Source: Bdellovibrionota bacterium | Lineage (GTDB): Bacteria; Bdellovibrionota_C; UBA2361; JAAYZI01 | Direction: 5' to 3' | DNA length: 64,000 nucleotides | Assembly (NCBI GenBank): GCA_050950765.1 | Contig: JBMNIF010000002.1 | Location: 11,738-75,737 of the forward strand | Shown: positions 40,887 to 50,668 of the stretch, in pieces | How positions within the stretch are numbered: position 1 is the first letter of the stretch | Layout: every line of letters starts with the position of its first letter | Program-made: the position numbers and the translations under genes | Notes under the pieces: model-generated | What the model saw: only the letters and a program-made list of their open reading frames with translations | Databases searched by the model: none | Told to the model about the DNA's origin: nothing

Positions 40887-41693
40887 TCAAACTGCAATAT
40901 CAAACTTAATATGCGGCAACGGATCATAGTCAGTTAATGTAAAGTCTTCATACTTAAAGTTAAAGATATCTTTAACCTCACGGTTTAAAGTCATCTTCGG
41001 TAACGCTCGCGGAGTTCTTGAAAGTTGTTCTTTAGCACCATCTAGATGATTAGAATAGATATGCAGATCTCCAAAGGTGTGAATAAACTCATACGGAACA
41101 AGCCCCGTTACCTGCGCCACCATCATCAACAACAAGGCATAACTTGCTATATTAAACGGCACTCCTAACATCAGATCAGCGGAGCGTTGATAAAGTTGCA
41201 AACTTAAGTTCTTACCGTTAACGTAAAAATGAAATAAGGTATGACACGCTGGTGGCGCAACAAGTGGTAAATCAGCCGGATTAAATGCTATGACCAAGAT
41301 ACGTCGACTCTCTGGATTTGTTTTAATCTGTGTTATCACATTAGAGATCTGATCAACCGTTCCATTCGGTCCCGTCCAACGTCTCCACTGCTTCCCGTAA
41401 ATCGGTCCCAAGTCTCCATTCTGATCCGCCCATTCATCCCAGATCGTCACCTTATGATCGTTTAAATATTTTATGTTGGTATCCCCAGCTAGAAACCACA
41501 AAAGTTCATGAATAATCGAACGGAGGTGCACCTTCTTCGTTGTTAATAGAGGAAAGCCATCTGATAAGGGGAAACGCACCTGCCTACCAAAAACAGAATA
41601 CGTTCCGACCCCCGTTCTGTCCTTACGAAATGCTTCGTTTACAGGTTGCCCGTTCGTAAGCACATCTTCAACCAGATCTAGATATTGTTTCAT
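40887..41693 (-). CDS. thyA: Thymidylate synthase.
   Basis: MKQYLDLV...; the active site PPCH is present as [12 protein letters not shown]. The likely start is MKQYL. Confidence 0.9.
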   Translation of the reverse strand: MKQYLDLVEDVLTNGQPVNEAFRKDRTGVGTYSVFGRQVRFPLSDGFPLLTTKKVHLRSIIHELLWFLAGDTNIKYLNDHKVTIWDEWADQNGDLGPIYGKQWRRWTGPNGTVDQISNVITQIKTNPESRRILVIAFNPADLPLVAPPACHTLFHFYVNGKNLSLQLYQRSADLMLGVPFNIASYALLLMMVAQVTGLVPYEFIHTFGDLHIYSNHLDGAKEQLSRTPRALPKMTLNREVKDIFNFKYEDFTLTDYDPLPHIKFDIAV

Positions 41694-42199
41694 TACACGC
41701 CCCCTTTTAAACAACTTAAAATCAATCTTTTAGAACTACCTCCCAAATCTGCCGGTAACTTCTCAAACGAGATATCACCCTCCGAATTTAGTGCCAGCGG
41801 GAAAAAAGATAGTTCAGCTATCTCAAAACTATGCGGAGCAACCTCTCCTTTAAAATCACGCACCTCAAAAAAAACCGCATGATCGTGTTTCCCATCACAC
41901 CGATTATAAAAAACACCTTTTATCTTAAGAGATTCTTGACTTAGTTTAATCCCCAACTCCTCCCAAAGTTCACGACAGATCGCTTCCTGTACACTTTCAC
42001 CTTTTTTGACACCACCCGCTGGTAGATACCAACCTTTTCTGTAACTGTGTCGCACCAAAAGGATCTGACCTGATTCATTAAAAATAGCAGCCACCACCCC
42101 TAACGTTAGTGGTCGTCTAATCCGATTCCAAATAACTAGCACCTTATAAGCTTGCCTGAAACAGAACTCAAAAAAGATATTTTGCCTCTTATTCTTCAT
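41693..42199 (-). CDS. NUDIX hydrolase.
   Basis: Nudix box [22 protein letters not shown]. Overlaps the thyA start by 1 nt. Confidence 0.75.
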   Translation of the reverse strand: MKNKRQNIFFEFCFRQAYKVLVIWNRIRRPLTLGVVAAIFNESGQILLVRHSYRKGWYLPAGGVKKGESVQEAICRELWEELGIKLSQESLKIKGVFYNRCDGKHDHAVFFEVRDFKGEVAPHSFEIAELSFFPLALNSEGDISFEKLPADLGGSSKRLILSCLKGGV

Positions 42200-42224
42200 G
42201 CTTTTCCATAGAAAACTACAATTT

Positions 42225-44495
42225 TTATCTTTTTATCACACTGTTTAAAGCCGATCCCGCCTTGAACCACACCACCTGATCAGCGGTTAAGGTATGTTGC
42301 AACGGTATCTCATAACTTTCTCCTTGCGACACTCCCTTCAAAATCAACCTTGATTGCGGAGCGATCTCTGCGATCCCTTCGATACAAAAAATATCTTCAG
42401 CAGAAATTTTTTCATAATCTTCAGGATTAACAAAAGTTAGCGCTAACAACCCCTGCTTCTTCAGATTAGTTTCATGAATCCTAGCAAAACTCTTCGCAAT
42501 CACAGCTCGACATCCCAGATAACGGGGCTCCATAGCAGCATGCTCCCTTGAAGAACCCTCTCCATAGTTTTCATCAGCAACGATGATCCAACCGACGCCC
42601 CTCTCCTTGTAATCAGCAGCAAGCTTAGGGATAGGTTGCCCCTCCTCCCCACTAAATAAATTCCTGCCACTTCCAACCTCAGCGGTAAAAGCATTCACTG
42701 CACCTAAAAGCATATTATTCGAGATATTCGGAAGATGTCCTCTATACTTCAACCAAACTCCCGCCTGTGAAATATGATCCGTCGTGCACTTTCCTTTAAC
42801 TTTCAACAATAAACGGAGATCTTGGAAATCCTCTATTTTCCAAACACAGAACGGCTCCAACTTTGCCAAACGATCACTTTTAGGATCTATCTCCACCTCT
42901 ATCTTTAAACGTTCTTCGAGCGTCAAGTTCGGTGCTGTAAAACCACTCCGATCTATTTCAAAGTTTTCTTGCGGAAGAGGTTGCCCTAGTGGAGGGTTAA
43001 ACGCCACCTCAGATCCAACACTATTTTTCAGCTTATCAGTAACAGGATTAAAAGTTATCCTCCCTGCTATGGCAGCCATCGTTACAAGCTCAGGAGAGCC
43101 GATAAAATTTAAAGTCTCTTCATTGCCATCATTCCGTTTGCGAAAGTTCCTATTATAACTGGTCACTATTATATTCTGTTTTCCAGCAGTAGCAGGATCT
43201 CTCTTCCATTGCCCGATACACGGTCCGCAAGCGTTCGCTAGAACTATCGCTCCCAGATCCAATAACGGCTTTAAAAAACCATCTCTCTCAACGGTACGAC
43301 GTACCTGATCTGAACCGAGAGTAACAAAAAAAGGACATCTCGCTTTTAGTCCATTTTTTAAAGCTTCCTGCGCCACAGCTGCAGCACGACTGATATCTTC
43401 ATAAGATGAATTAGTGCAACTTCCTATTAAAGCGGCGCTAATCTGATCAGGATAACTGTTTTCTGCAATAAAGTGCGGCATCTCCGAAACAGTATGCAGC
43501 AGATCGGGCGTGTGTGGTCCAACCCACCCTGCTTCAAGTGTATTTAAATCCACCTCTATGACGTGATCGAAATACGCTTGCGGATCTTGCTCCACTTCAG
43601 GATCTGCTCTCAACTCCCCCCTAACACCATCTGCACACTCCGCTATCAATTCTCTAGCTGTTTTTCTAAGGTATTGAGACCCTCGCTCGTCATAAGGAAA
43701 GATTGAAGCAGTTGCACCGATCTCCGCCCCCATATTAGTGATTGTAGATCGCCCTGTTGCACTAATTGTTTCAACTCCACTACCGAAATATTCCAAAACT
43801 TTTCCCGTGCCGCCCTTCACCTTTAAGATGGAGGCGATACGCAAAATAATATCTTTCGGAGAAGCCCAAGCACGCAACTTACCTGTCAGATGCACACCGA
43901 TAATCTCAGGGTTTAAAAGTCCCCACGGCAATCCCGCCATCACATCAACAGCATCCGCACCACCTACACCTACGGCGATCATCCCCAACCCTCCACCGTT
44001 CGGTGTATGAGAATCTGTCCCTACTATCATCCCCCCTGGAAAAGCGTGTTGCTCGAAAACCACCTGATGAATAATACCAGCTCCAGCACGCCAAAATCCG
44101 ATCCCGTAACGTAGAGCAGCACTCTTTAAGAAAGTATAAACCTCTTCATTCTCCTCAAGAGCCCTTTCTAAATCTTTTTTTGCACCAACTTCAGCTCTTA
44201 TTAAGTGATCACAATGGATCGTTGTCGGCACCTGCACACTATCAAGTCCAGCTGTCATAAATTGCAGCATCGCCATCTGTGCCGTAGCATCCTGCATAAT
44301 AACCCTATCCGGTGCAAAGATTAATGTATCACGCCCCCGTTGCGGAGCCTCTTGCGGTACCTCTCGTAAATGAGAGAAAAGAACTTTTTCTGCAAAAGTT
44401 AATGGTCTCCCCCAACTTTTACGAATAGCTTCACACCGCTTAGGAAATGCTACATAAAAATTTCTCACAAAATCACCGTTATCCGCCTCGCTCAT
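42225..44495 (-). CDS. acn: Aconitate hydratase, mitochondrial-type (about 756 aa).
   Basis: Matches the mitochondrial-aconitase pattern from PLTFAEKVLFSHL through DRVIMQDATAQMAMLQF...GTDSHTPNGGGLG... and on to the Fe-S cysteine ligands. Confidence 0.9.
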   Translation of the reverse strand: MSEADNGDFVRNFYVAFPKRCEAIRKSWGRPLTFAEKVLFSHLREVPQEAPQRGRDTLIFAPDRVIMQDATAQMAMLQFMTAGLDSVQVPTTIHCDHLIRAEVGAKKDLERALEENEEVYTFLKSAALRYGIGFWRAGAGIIHQVVFEQHAFPGGMIVGTDSHTPNGGGLGMIAVGVGGADAVDVMAGLPWGLLNPEIIGVHLTGKLRAWASPKDIILRIASILKVKGGTGKVLEYFGSGVETISATGRSTITNMGAEIGATASIFPYDERGSQYLRKTARELIAECADGVRGELRADPEVEQDPQAYFDHVIEVDLNTLEAGWVGPHTPDLLHTVSEMPHFIAENSYPDQISAALIGSCTNSSYEDISRAAAVAQEALKNGLKARCPFFVTLGSDQVRRTVERDGFLKPLLDLGAIVLANACGPCIGQWKRDPATAGKQNIIVTSYNRNFRKRNDGNEETLNFIGSPELVTMAAIAGRITFNPVTDKLKNSVGSEVAFNPPLGQPLPQENFEIDRSGFTAPNLTLEERLKIEVEIDPKSDRLAKLEPFCVWKIEDFQDLRLLLKVKGKCTTDHISQAGVWLKYRGHLPNISNNMLLGAVNAFTAEVGSGRNLFSGEEGQPIPKLAADYKERGVGWIIVADENYGEGSSREHAAMEPRYLGCRAVIAKSFARIHETNLKKQGLLALTFVNPEDYEKISAEDIFCIEGIAEIAPQSRLILKGVSQGESYEIPLQHTLTADQVVWFKAGSALNSVIKR

Positions 44496-44772
44496 ATCAC
44501 AACCTTTCTCTAAAATACCCGCACACCTTAATTTATATTGCCTTATTGGTCATTAAATTAAATAAAAATAAAAGCAGCTGAAAATATTAAATTTATAAAT
44601 AAAATCAATATATTGAAAGCTATTAAGAAAAAACTAGCCGCTTTTTATGCGATGCCTGATAAGGTACGTTAAAATAATAGGTTCTGTCGATACATTGATT
44701 AAAAAAGTATTAAGGAAAGATCTCGCTACTGTTGAAATCTGACACTCTCTGGTCTAATATGCGCCCGATTAC

Positions 44773-44847
44773 GGGCGGTTAGCGCAGTGGTAGCGCACCT
44801 GCTTCACACGCAGGGGGGCATTGGTTCGAATCCAATATCGCCCACCA
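44773..44847 (+). tRNA. tRNA-Val (anticodon CAC).
   Basis: Cloverleaf folded by hand: acceptor GGGCGGT/ATCGCCC, anticodon stem CCTGC/GCAGG with loop TTCACAC, a T-arm ATTGG-TTCGAAT-CCAAT and a 3' CCA. Confidence 0.8.
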
Positions 44848-45448
44848 TTATAAAAAAGCTAATGAATTTACCGGTTTTGTATTTTTTTATTTTAATTTTA
44901 CCGAATTATACAACATTTTTGCTTAACTCCCCATAACAACTTAGAATAGTACAGTAACGCTGTTCTCTTGCAGATCTTTTCACGGAGGGATCTGCAAGAC
45001 TGCAAGTGATGCTGTAAGGTTATTCTCACAGGTTAGTCGAAGGTGTTTTTTGAGTGTTAAATTTTCAACAGAAGATTTATCTACTTTGCCCCTATCGGAT
45101 CTATCAAGAACTTAGTAACGGGATATAAAAAAAACCGTTTTGGCACACTGTTTTTGGTTGTTGTTTTTGATTGGTGCGATAGGAGCAAAGTGATATGATA
45201 TGCTGTTGAGTCTTCGGTTACTTGAATATCATTTAATGATATTTTGACTACACTGAAGATCTTGAGGTCTTGGTTGATATTTTTTTTATCAATTTGAGGT
45301 TACTGAGGTTCGTTTTTCGAGCGTTAGTTCTGCATAATCACTTCGCAGTCTCTCCATTTTTTTCTCTCTTTCCTTATTCTTAAACACTTTCAAAATTCTT
45401 TCGATTTTTTATCCTTCAATTATTTTTTCTAATTATTTTTTCTCGAGT

Positions 45449-46000
45449 TTTTATAGATCCCCACTATGTGCATCTTATAAGAAGAAAAAGTGCGGCTTCT
45501 ATGGGAGATATTACCTCTTAACATACGTAAGGGGAAAAGTTTGGGATAGAATCCAAACTTTTTTGCTTATGAGACAGGTCTTCTCTGATGTTATCCAGAT
45601 CGTCACGACGCAACTCTTCTTATAGAACCCTAACTTTTCTACCGTTTTGATATACGTATTTAGGTATGTAAAGAAAAGAGTTGCGTCTTATTAACGGGAG
45701 ATATTACCTCTTTTTTATAGATCCCCACTATATGCATATTATAAGAAGAAAAGGTGCGGCTTCTGCCGTAGACGCAACTCTTCTTATAGAACCCTAACTT
45801 TTCTACCGTTTTGATATACGTATTTAAGTATGTAAAGAAAAGAGTTGCGTCTTATTAACGGGAGATATTACCTCTTTTTTATAGATCTCCACTATGTGCA
45901 TATTATAAGAAGAAACGGTGCGGCTTCTATGGGAGATATTACCTCTTAACATACGTAAGGGGAAAAGTTTGGGATAGAATCCAAACTTTTCTGTAATTTA
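45449..46000. repeat. Nested repeat field downstream of tRNA-Val: modules X (x3), Y (x2, about 105 bp with 12-bp terminal inverted repeats GACGCAACTCTT) and Z (x2, ending in a perfect hairpin AAAAGTTTGG-n8-CCAAACTTTT).
   Basis: Seen directly in sequence. The roughly 1.1-kb stretch contains no credible ORF. Confidence 0.8.
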
Positions 46001-46038
46001 CGTATCTCTACGTAGAAACCGTTTAGAAACAAGCCAAG

Positions 46039-46740
46039 TTAATTTTCGATGATTACTTCAACACGTCTGTTTCTGGCACGTCCCTCGTCTGTACGATTCG
46101 TAGCAATAGGTCTTGATTCCCCAAAGCCTACGGAACGAATACGAGTGTCAGAGACACTATTCCTTACCAATTCGCTAGCAACTGCAGTAGCACGTCTCTC
46201 TGAAAGAATTTGATTATAAGCGATGCTACCAACAGAATCAGCGTGCCCTTCAACCGAGATAGTCCGATTCGGATAATCATTAACAACACGCGCTATCTCA
46301 CTTACAGCACGTACAGCATCAGGTCTGAGATCTGCTCGATTAAATTCAAAAAGAACATCAGGCAAGTTCACCACCACCCCTCGTTGAGTTGTTCTAACAT
46401 CAGCGCCACGCCGCCTAAGTTCATTAATCATGCGACGGTTTTCTTCAAGCATCTGATCGCGCGCTGAGATTCTAGCATCCATCTCTGCTAATTCCCGATT
46501 TTGTCGGTCGTATTGACTCCCAACAAGAGCACCACCTAAAGCACCACTAGCAGCTCCAATGGCAACACCTGCACCGGTATGCCCTGTTTCATGACCGATA
46601 ATAGCCCCCAAACCGGCACCAAGCGCACCACCGGTAAGAGCGCCACCTTCAGTAGCCCCCATCTGTCCATTTTCACAAGCCATAAGAGAAAAACAGAATA
46701 AAAACACAACTAACTTCTTCATCAGAGGCACCTCATTCAA
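46039..46740 (-). CDS. OmpA-family lipoprotein with an N-terminal glycine-zipper and coiled-coil module.
   Basis: Lipobox SLMAC, a GxxxG zipper, a coiled coil and an OmpA C-terminal domain (...NRRVEV...). Confidence 0.8.
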   Translation of the reverse strand: MNEVPLMKKLVVFLFCFSLMACENGQMGATEGGALTGGALGAGLGAIIGHETGHTGAGVAIGAASGALGGALVGSQYDRQNRELAEMDARISARDQMLEENRRMINELRRRGADVRTTQRGVVVNLPDVLFEFNRADLRPDAVRAVSEIARVVNDYPNRTISVEGHADSVGSIAYNQILSERRATAVASELVRNSVSDTRIRSVGFGESRPIATNRTDEGRARNRRVEVIIEN

Positions 46741-46781
46741 TATTTAAACTTTATATAAGGAAAAAGTATTACAACTTCAAA

Positions 46782-48014
46782 TCAGTATTCTTCATGAGAC
46801 GTATCAGAAATCCTTAAGATCTCAAGATTCTCAGCTGCTTTAGTAAACCCTGAATCTAAGTCTAAAGCTTTTTTAAACTCATATTCAGCATCCGACCTTC
46901 TTTCTAAAGATAGATAAACCTCTCCCAGTGCATTGTGATAACGCGGATTGTAAGGACAGAGCCGTAAGGCACGCCGATAATGGAATAATCGATCTGGTAA
47001 CGATGTTGCCTGCTCAGCACTAGTCTCCTCTTTTTTAGCTTCTACACAATCATCATTATAGCCACTATAATAATCATCATTATCAGTAACGTTATCGTTA
47101 ATGGATGCCGCCTTTAATTCAGGTAATAACTGCACCACATTCGGATCATTAGCAGGCGCTGCCTTTGTTTCGGATGTTTTTTCAACTTTAGCCTGTTCCT
47201 TTAAAAGTGATTTCCCTTGATCCCTCCAAGCATATCCAGCACGTGCCGTATCCTCAATCTTATCAGGCGTTGTCATAGTCGATTTTGTTGCCGTGCCAAA
47301 AACACCAGCATCTACCCTTGTTGGAAGAGAAACTGGAGTGACCTCTTTCTCTACGGCAAAAGCGACCTCCGGACTTTGCGTTTCAGCTATAACGGGCGCC
47401 TTGTAAGTATTATTAAGCGCCGTGTTCGTGTTGCTATTTTCATTCAATACAGTCGTAGCCGGTTTAGGAAACTGTGAAGGTGTTCCGAAATTGGCAGTAT
47501 TGTTATAAGCAACACCTGCGGCATTTCCATAAGACCCACTCCTATACGAATTGGAAAAAGCATTTTGCCGTCCCCAACTGTTGGTACCGTTATTAAAACT
47601 ACTCCTATTTAAATTGAAGCTATTATAAGGCGAGAGTGTGTTTCTTGAATAATCTCTGTAAGCCACCTGATCTTGACTCATGCGACGCAACTCTTCAATT
47701 TGCCCCTGTTGCTCACGAATCTGTCGATCTTGCCTTGCAAGCGCCTCTTCCTGATTTCTAATAGTTTTTTCTTGAGCTTCAAGAACATTCCCTAACGCTG
47801 ATCCCGCCCCTGCACCGGCTAGAGAACCGATTACGAAACCACTTCCGGCATCACCCGTTTGGCTGCCGATAATAGCACCGACTCCAGCACCAAAAGCACC
47901 ACCAGCTGCCGCCCCCACCGCAGTTGTCTTCCCTGGTTCCGTACACGCTGCTGTCAATAATATTAAACCGATAAAAACGGTAATCTGATTACTCTTCATA
48001 AAACACCCTACCAC
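46782..48014 (-). CDS. Glycine-zipper/coiled-coil lipoprotein with a Ser/Asn-rich linker and a C-terminal TPR-like segment.
   Basis: Lipobox LTAAC. Shares the N-terminal module with 46039-46740 and 48030-48437. Confidence 0.55.
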   Translation of the reverse strand: MVGCFMKSNQITVFIGLILLTAACTEPGKTTAVGAAAGGAFGAGVGAIIGSQTGDAGSGFVIGSLAGAGAGSALGNVLEAQEKTIRNQEEALARQDRQIREQQGQIEELRRMSQDQVAYRDYSRNTLSPYNSFNLNRSSFNNGTNSWGRQNAFSNSYRSGSYGNAAGVAYNNTANFGTPSQFPKPATTVLNENSNTNTALNNTYKAPVIAETQSPEVAFAVEKEVTPVSLPTRVDAGVFGTATKSTMTTPDKIEDTARAGYAWRDQGKSLLKEQAKVEKTSETKAAPANDPNVVQLLPELKAASINDNVTDNDDYYSGYNDDCVEAKKEETSAEQATSLPDRLFHYRRALRLCPYNPRYHNALGEVYLSLERRSDAEYEFKKALDLDSGFTKAAENLEILRISDTSHEEY

Positions 48015-48029
48015 AGAAAAAAAATTAAC

Positions 48030-48437
48030 CTACTCAAAACGCCGTACCGACTCATTATGGTATTGTTGACGTTTCAGATCTTGAACCTCCCTATCCTGTC
48101 GCTTAATCTCCTCCTGTTGTCTACGGATGATCTCTTCCTGTTCGGCAACGATCGCTTCGTTGTCCTTAGCACCATCCACCACAGCCCCGACTGCCGCTCC
48201 CGTGATCATTCCAGTGCCTGCTCCGATTAAAGCGCCCTCTCCTTTATGTCCCGATTGATTCCCTATAATCGCACCTGCTCCGGCACCTGTCACAGTACCG
48301 ATTGCAGCGCCCTCAGCCATAGGGCTTGGATCACCACCTGAACAGGCAACACACGATAAAACCACCGCAACCACCGCAAAAAAACGAAAGCTATCCATAG
48401 ACACAACACCCACTAAAATAGGATCAAAAAAGTTCAA
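48030..48437 (-). CDS. Small glycine-zipper/coiled-coil lipoprotein.
   Basis: Signal peptide with Cys. Third member of the same paralog module. Confidence 0.5.
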   Translation of the reverse strand: MNFFDPILVGVVSMDSFRFFAVVAVVLSCVACSGGDPSPMAEGAAIGTVTGAGAGAIIGNQSGHKGEGALIGAGTGMITGAAVGAVVDGAKDNEAIVAEQEEIIRRQQEEIKRQDREVQDLKRQQYHNESVRRFE

Positions 48438-48600
48438 CTCTTAATAAAAAATCCGTCACAGTAACTTTACACAAAGAACACCAAACGGAACAGCATAAAT
48501 ATGCACTTTAATAAAAAAAGATCTGATATATTTAGAAAAGAGATACCTTTTAAAGTGATCTTTGCAAGGAGAACCGTTGTGAATAATGAAACGTCACTCG

Positions 48601-49083
48601 CTACACTTTATGTTTGGTAGGTTTTAAAAGAAGAATAAAAACACCGATACAAACTGCACTATCAGCTACATTAAACGCTGGCCAGTGTATGTTTTTATAA
48701 TACACGTCAATGAAATCAACGACTTGACCATAACAGATCCTATCGATAACATTACCTATGGCACCACCAACAACTAATGCCATAGCAAAATGAGCTATAA
48801 AATCATCTTTAAAGTGTCTCTTTAAAAAGTACACTATCATAAGTAGCGCCAAAACCGTTCCACTGTTGATAATTAGATGCCTCCACAGATCAGTCAACTC
48901 TGAAAGCAAGCCAAAGGCGATCCCTTTATTAAAAGTTAAAGTGAGGTTTAAAAACGACGGAATTATCGGAACAACAACTCCTTCAGGGATATTTTTTAGT
49001 ACCAGAATTTTTGTAACCTGATCTAACACCGTAACAAATACAGCTAAAAGCCATAATAATCGAAAGCGGTTTTTTCCACTCAT
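48601..49083 (-). CDS. lspA: Lipoprotein signal peptidase II.
   Basis: About 160 aa with 4 TM helices and the conserved ...NKGIAFG... and ...FNVADSAV... motifs. Confidence 0.85.
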   Translation of the reverse strand: MSGKNRFRLLWLLAVFVTVLDQVTKILVLKNIPEGVVVPIIPSFLNLTLTFNKGIAFGLLSELTDLWRHLIINSGTVLALLMIVYFLKRHFKDDFIAHFAMALVVGGAIGNVIDRICYGQVVDFIDVYYKNIHWPAFNVADSAVCIGVFILLLKPTKHKV

Positions 49084-49125
49084 TGCAAAGCCCCTCTATT
49101 GTACCCAGCCCACTATATATTTTAA

Positions 49126-50484
49126 TTATTGTTCCTCTTGAGATTTACGGAACTTTTCAGCAGCGAGTTGATCTATGGAGATAGCAACTACCTTACCATC
49201 AACACTCCCTGCCACTATCTCCGCTTCTTTCGTAAAAGTCAGCACCCTCAAGTTAGTCGCCTTTATCTCGTATTCAAGAGCGAGCTCATACTCCACCAAT
49301 CGCCCCTCTTTCTCCCTTTTTCGCCAAACTTTCAACATACCATCACGGGCAATAGTTGCAACTCTATCCCCTTCCGGACTAATGGCGATGTCGTATATCA
49401 TCCCGTCATGTGCTTGAATATCGACAACTTTTGATAATCCCCGCACCTGCCAGACCTCAACACTTCCATCTTGCGCGCTAAGCACCAAAAATTGCCCGTT
49501 TTGACTGATTTTTATACGATCAATTCTCTCTCCCGCATTACGCGCCGCACTCTTTAAAGCGGGAACATTTGCAAAAAAACGCGTTCCGAAAAGGTTTTCA
49601 TCATATTCGCCTTTATAGGCATCTGAACCATACACCAACCACGCCTTTAAATTCCCCACCCAATCACCGCTAAAAAAGAGCCTGCCGTACGGATGAAAAG
49701 CCACCGCACTCACAACACTGGGATGCCCGTGATAACGATCTAGCCCTGCCGTTCCTACCCGTCCCCCTCTTAGGGGTTCTTGCGGATTAAACGCCCAACG
49801 ATAAACCTTACTATCCGTCGCACCGATTATGATTGATCGTGCTTCCGGATCAAAAGCCATAGAAACTGCGTTAGCTGCTAACTTAGAAAGCTCAAAAGGC
49901 CCTTTAGATCCCGCCATTATCGGTAAAATTATAATTCTCGACCCTTTAGATATTCCGATATAGGCACCATTTGTAGAAAAGACTGCGACACCAGGTTTTT
50001 CCGGTAAGAAAAACATCCTCCTTCTCATTTTTCTACGCAGATCCCAAACCGAGACCTCCCCCTCTGAATCAAGGGATAAAACGAAGCTTCGTCCACTACA
50101 ATCTCTAACTACCTGTAATGCTTTAATATACCCTCTTGCGGCGCTAGTTGTGTATGTGCCGTCCTGCCATCCGTTGTAACAATTTTCCGATATATTCTGT
50201 TTTTCTCTCTCGGCAAACGGTTTATTACTGCTTTGTGCATCTTTTCTTGCGACTAGCGGTTGACGGATCGTTGAATCCTCCATAAACTCAGCACCGACTT
50301 CGATCCTATCACCACTCGGTTGAACACGGTTTCTAACCGTTTGAGGGCTCTCTGAGAAGATATCAAGCGGTTGAAGATTAGCGCAAGCACTTAAACAAGC
50401 GCTGCTGAAAACCGAGATAACCGTGATAACGATTAGATGTTTATAATTTAAGAGTTTATGATTCATAGAGTCTCTGCCTAGCAC
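49126..50484 (-). CDS. WD40/beta-propeller repeat lipoprotein.
   Basis: Signal peptide with LSAC. Repeated ...DG.V.VW... and GH...V..VAFHP blades. Confidence 0.65.
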   Translation of the reverse strand: MLGRDSMNHKLLNYKHLIVITVISVFSSACLSACANLQPLDIFSESPQTVRNRVQPSGDRIEVGAEFMEDSTIRQPLVARKDAQSSNKPFAEREKQNISENCYNGWQDGTYTTSAARGYIKALQVVRDCSGRSFVLSLDSEGEVSVWDLRRKMRRRMFFLPEKPGVAVFSTNGAYIGISKGSRIIILPIMAGSKGPFELSKLAANAVSMAFDPEARSIIIGATDSKVYRWAFNPQEPLRGGRVGTAGLDRYHGHPSVVSAVAFHPYGRLFFSGDWVGNLKAWLVYGSDAYKGEYDENLFGTRFFANVPALKSAARNAGERIDRIKISQNGQFLVLSAQDGSVEVWQVRGLSKVVDIQAHDGMIYDIAISPEGDRVATIARDGMLKVWRKREKEGRLVEYELALEYEIKATNLRVLTFTKEAEIVAGSVDGKVVAISIDQLAAEKFRKSQEEQ

Positions 50485-50668
50485 GATTTTTGAAGTTGTA
50501 CCATAACATGGTGAAAAATAATTGGCTAAGGAGATATTTTGACATCAAAAAAGGGCTTTATTATCGTCTTTTAGGATCGTAGTGTAAGTTTTTACATCAT
50601 TGATATGTTGTGGTGTTATTGCTATGCACACGCAACAATTATAGTTTTAGCAAATCCAAAGGAAAGAG

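Noticed and set aside
45449-46000. Possible CRISPR-like or coding tandem repeats downstream of tRNA-Val.
   Set aside because: The units are of three different kinds and different lengths, arranged non-periodically. None maintains an ORF. They are better explained as MITE-like or terminator-like non-coding repeats.
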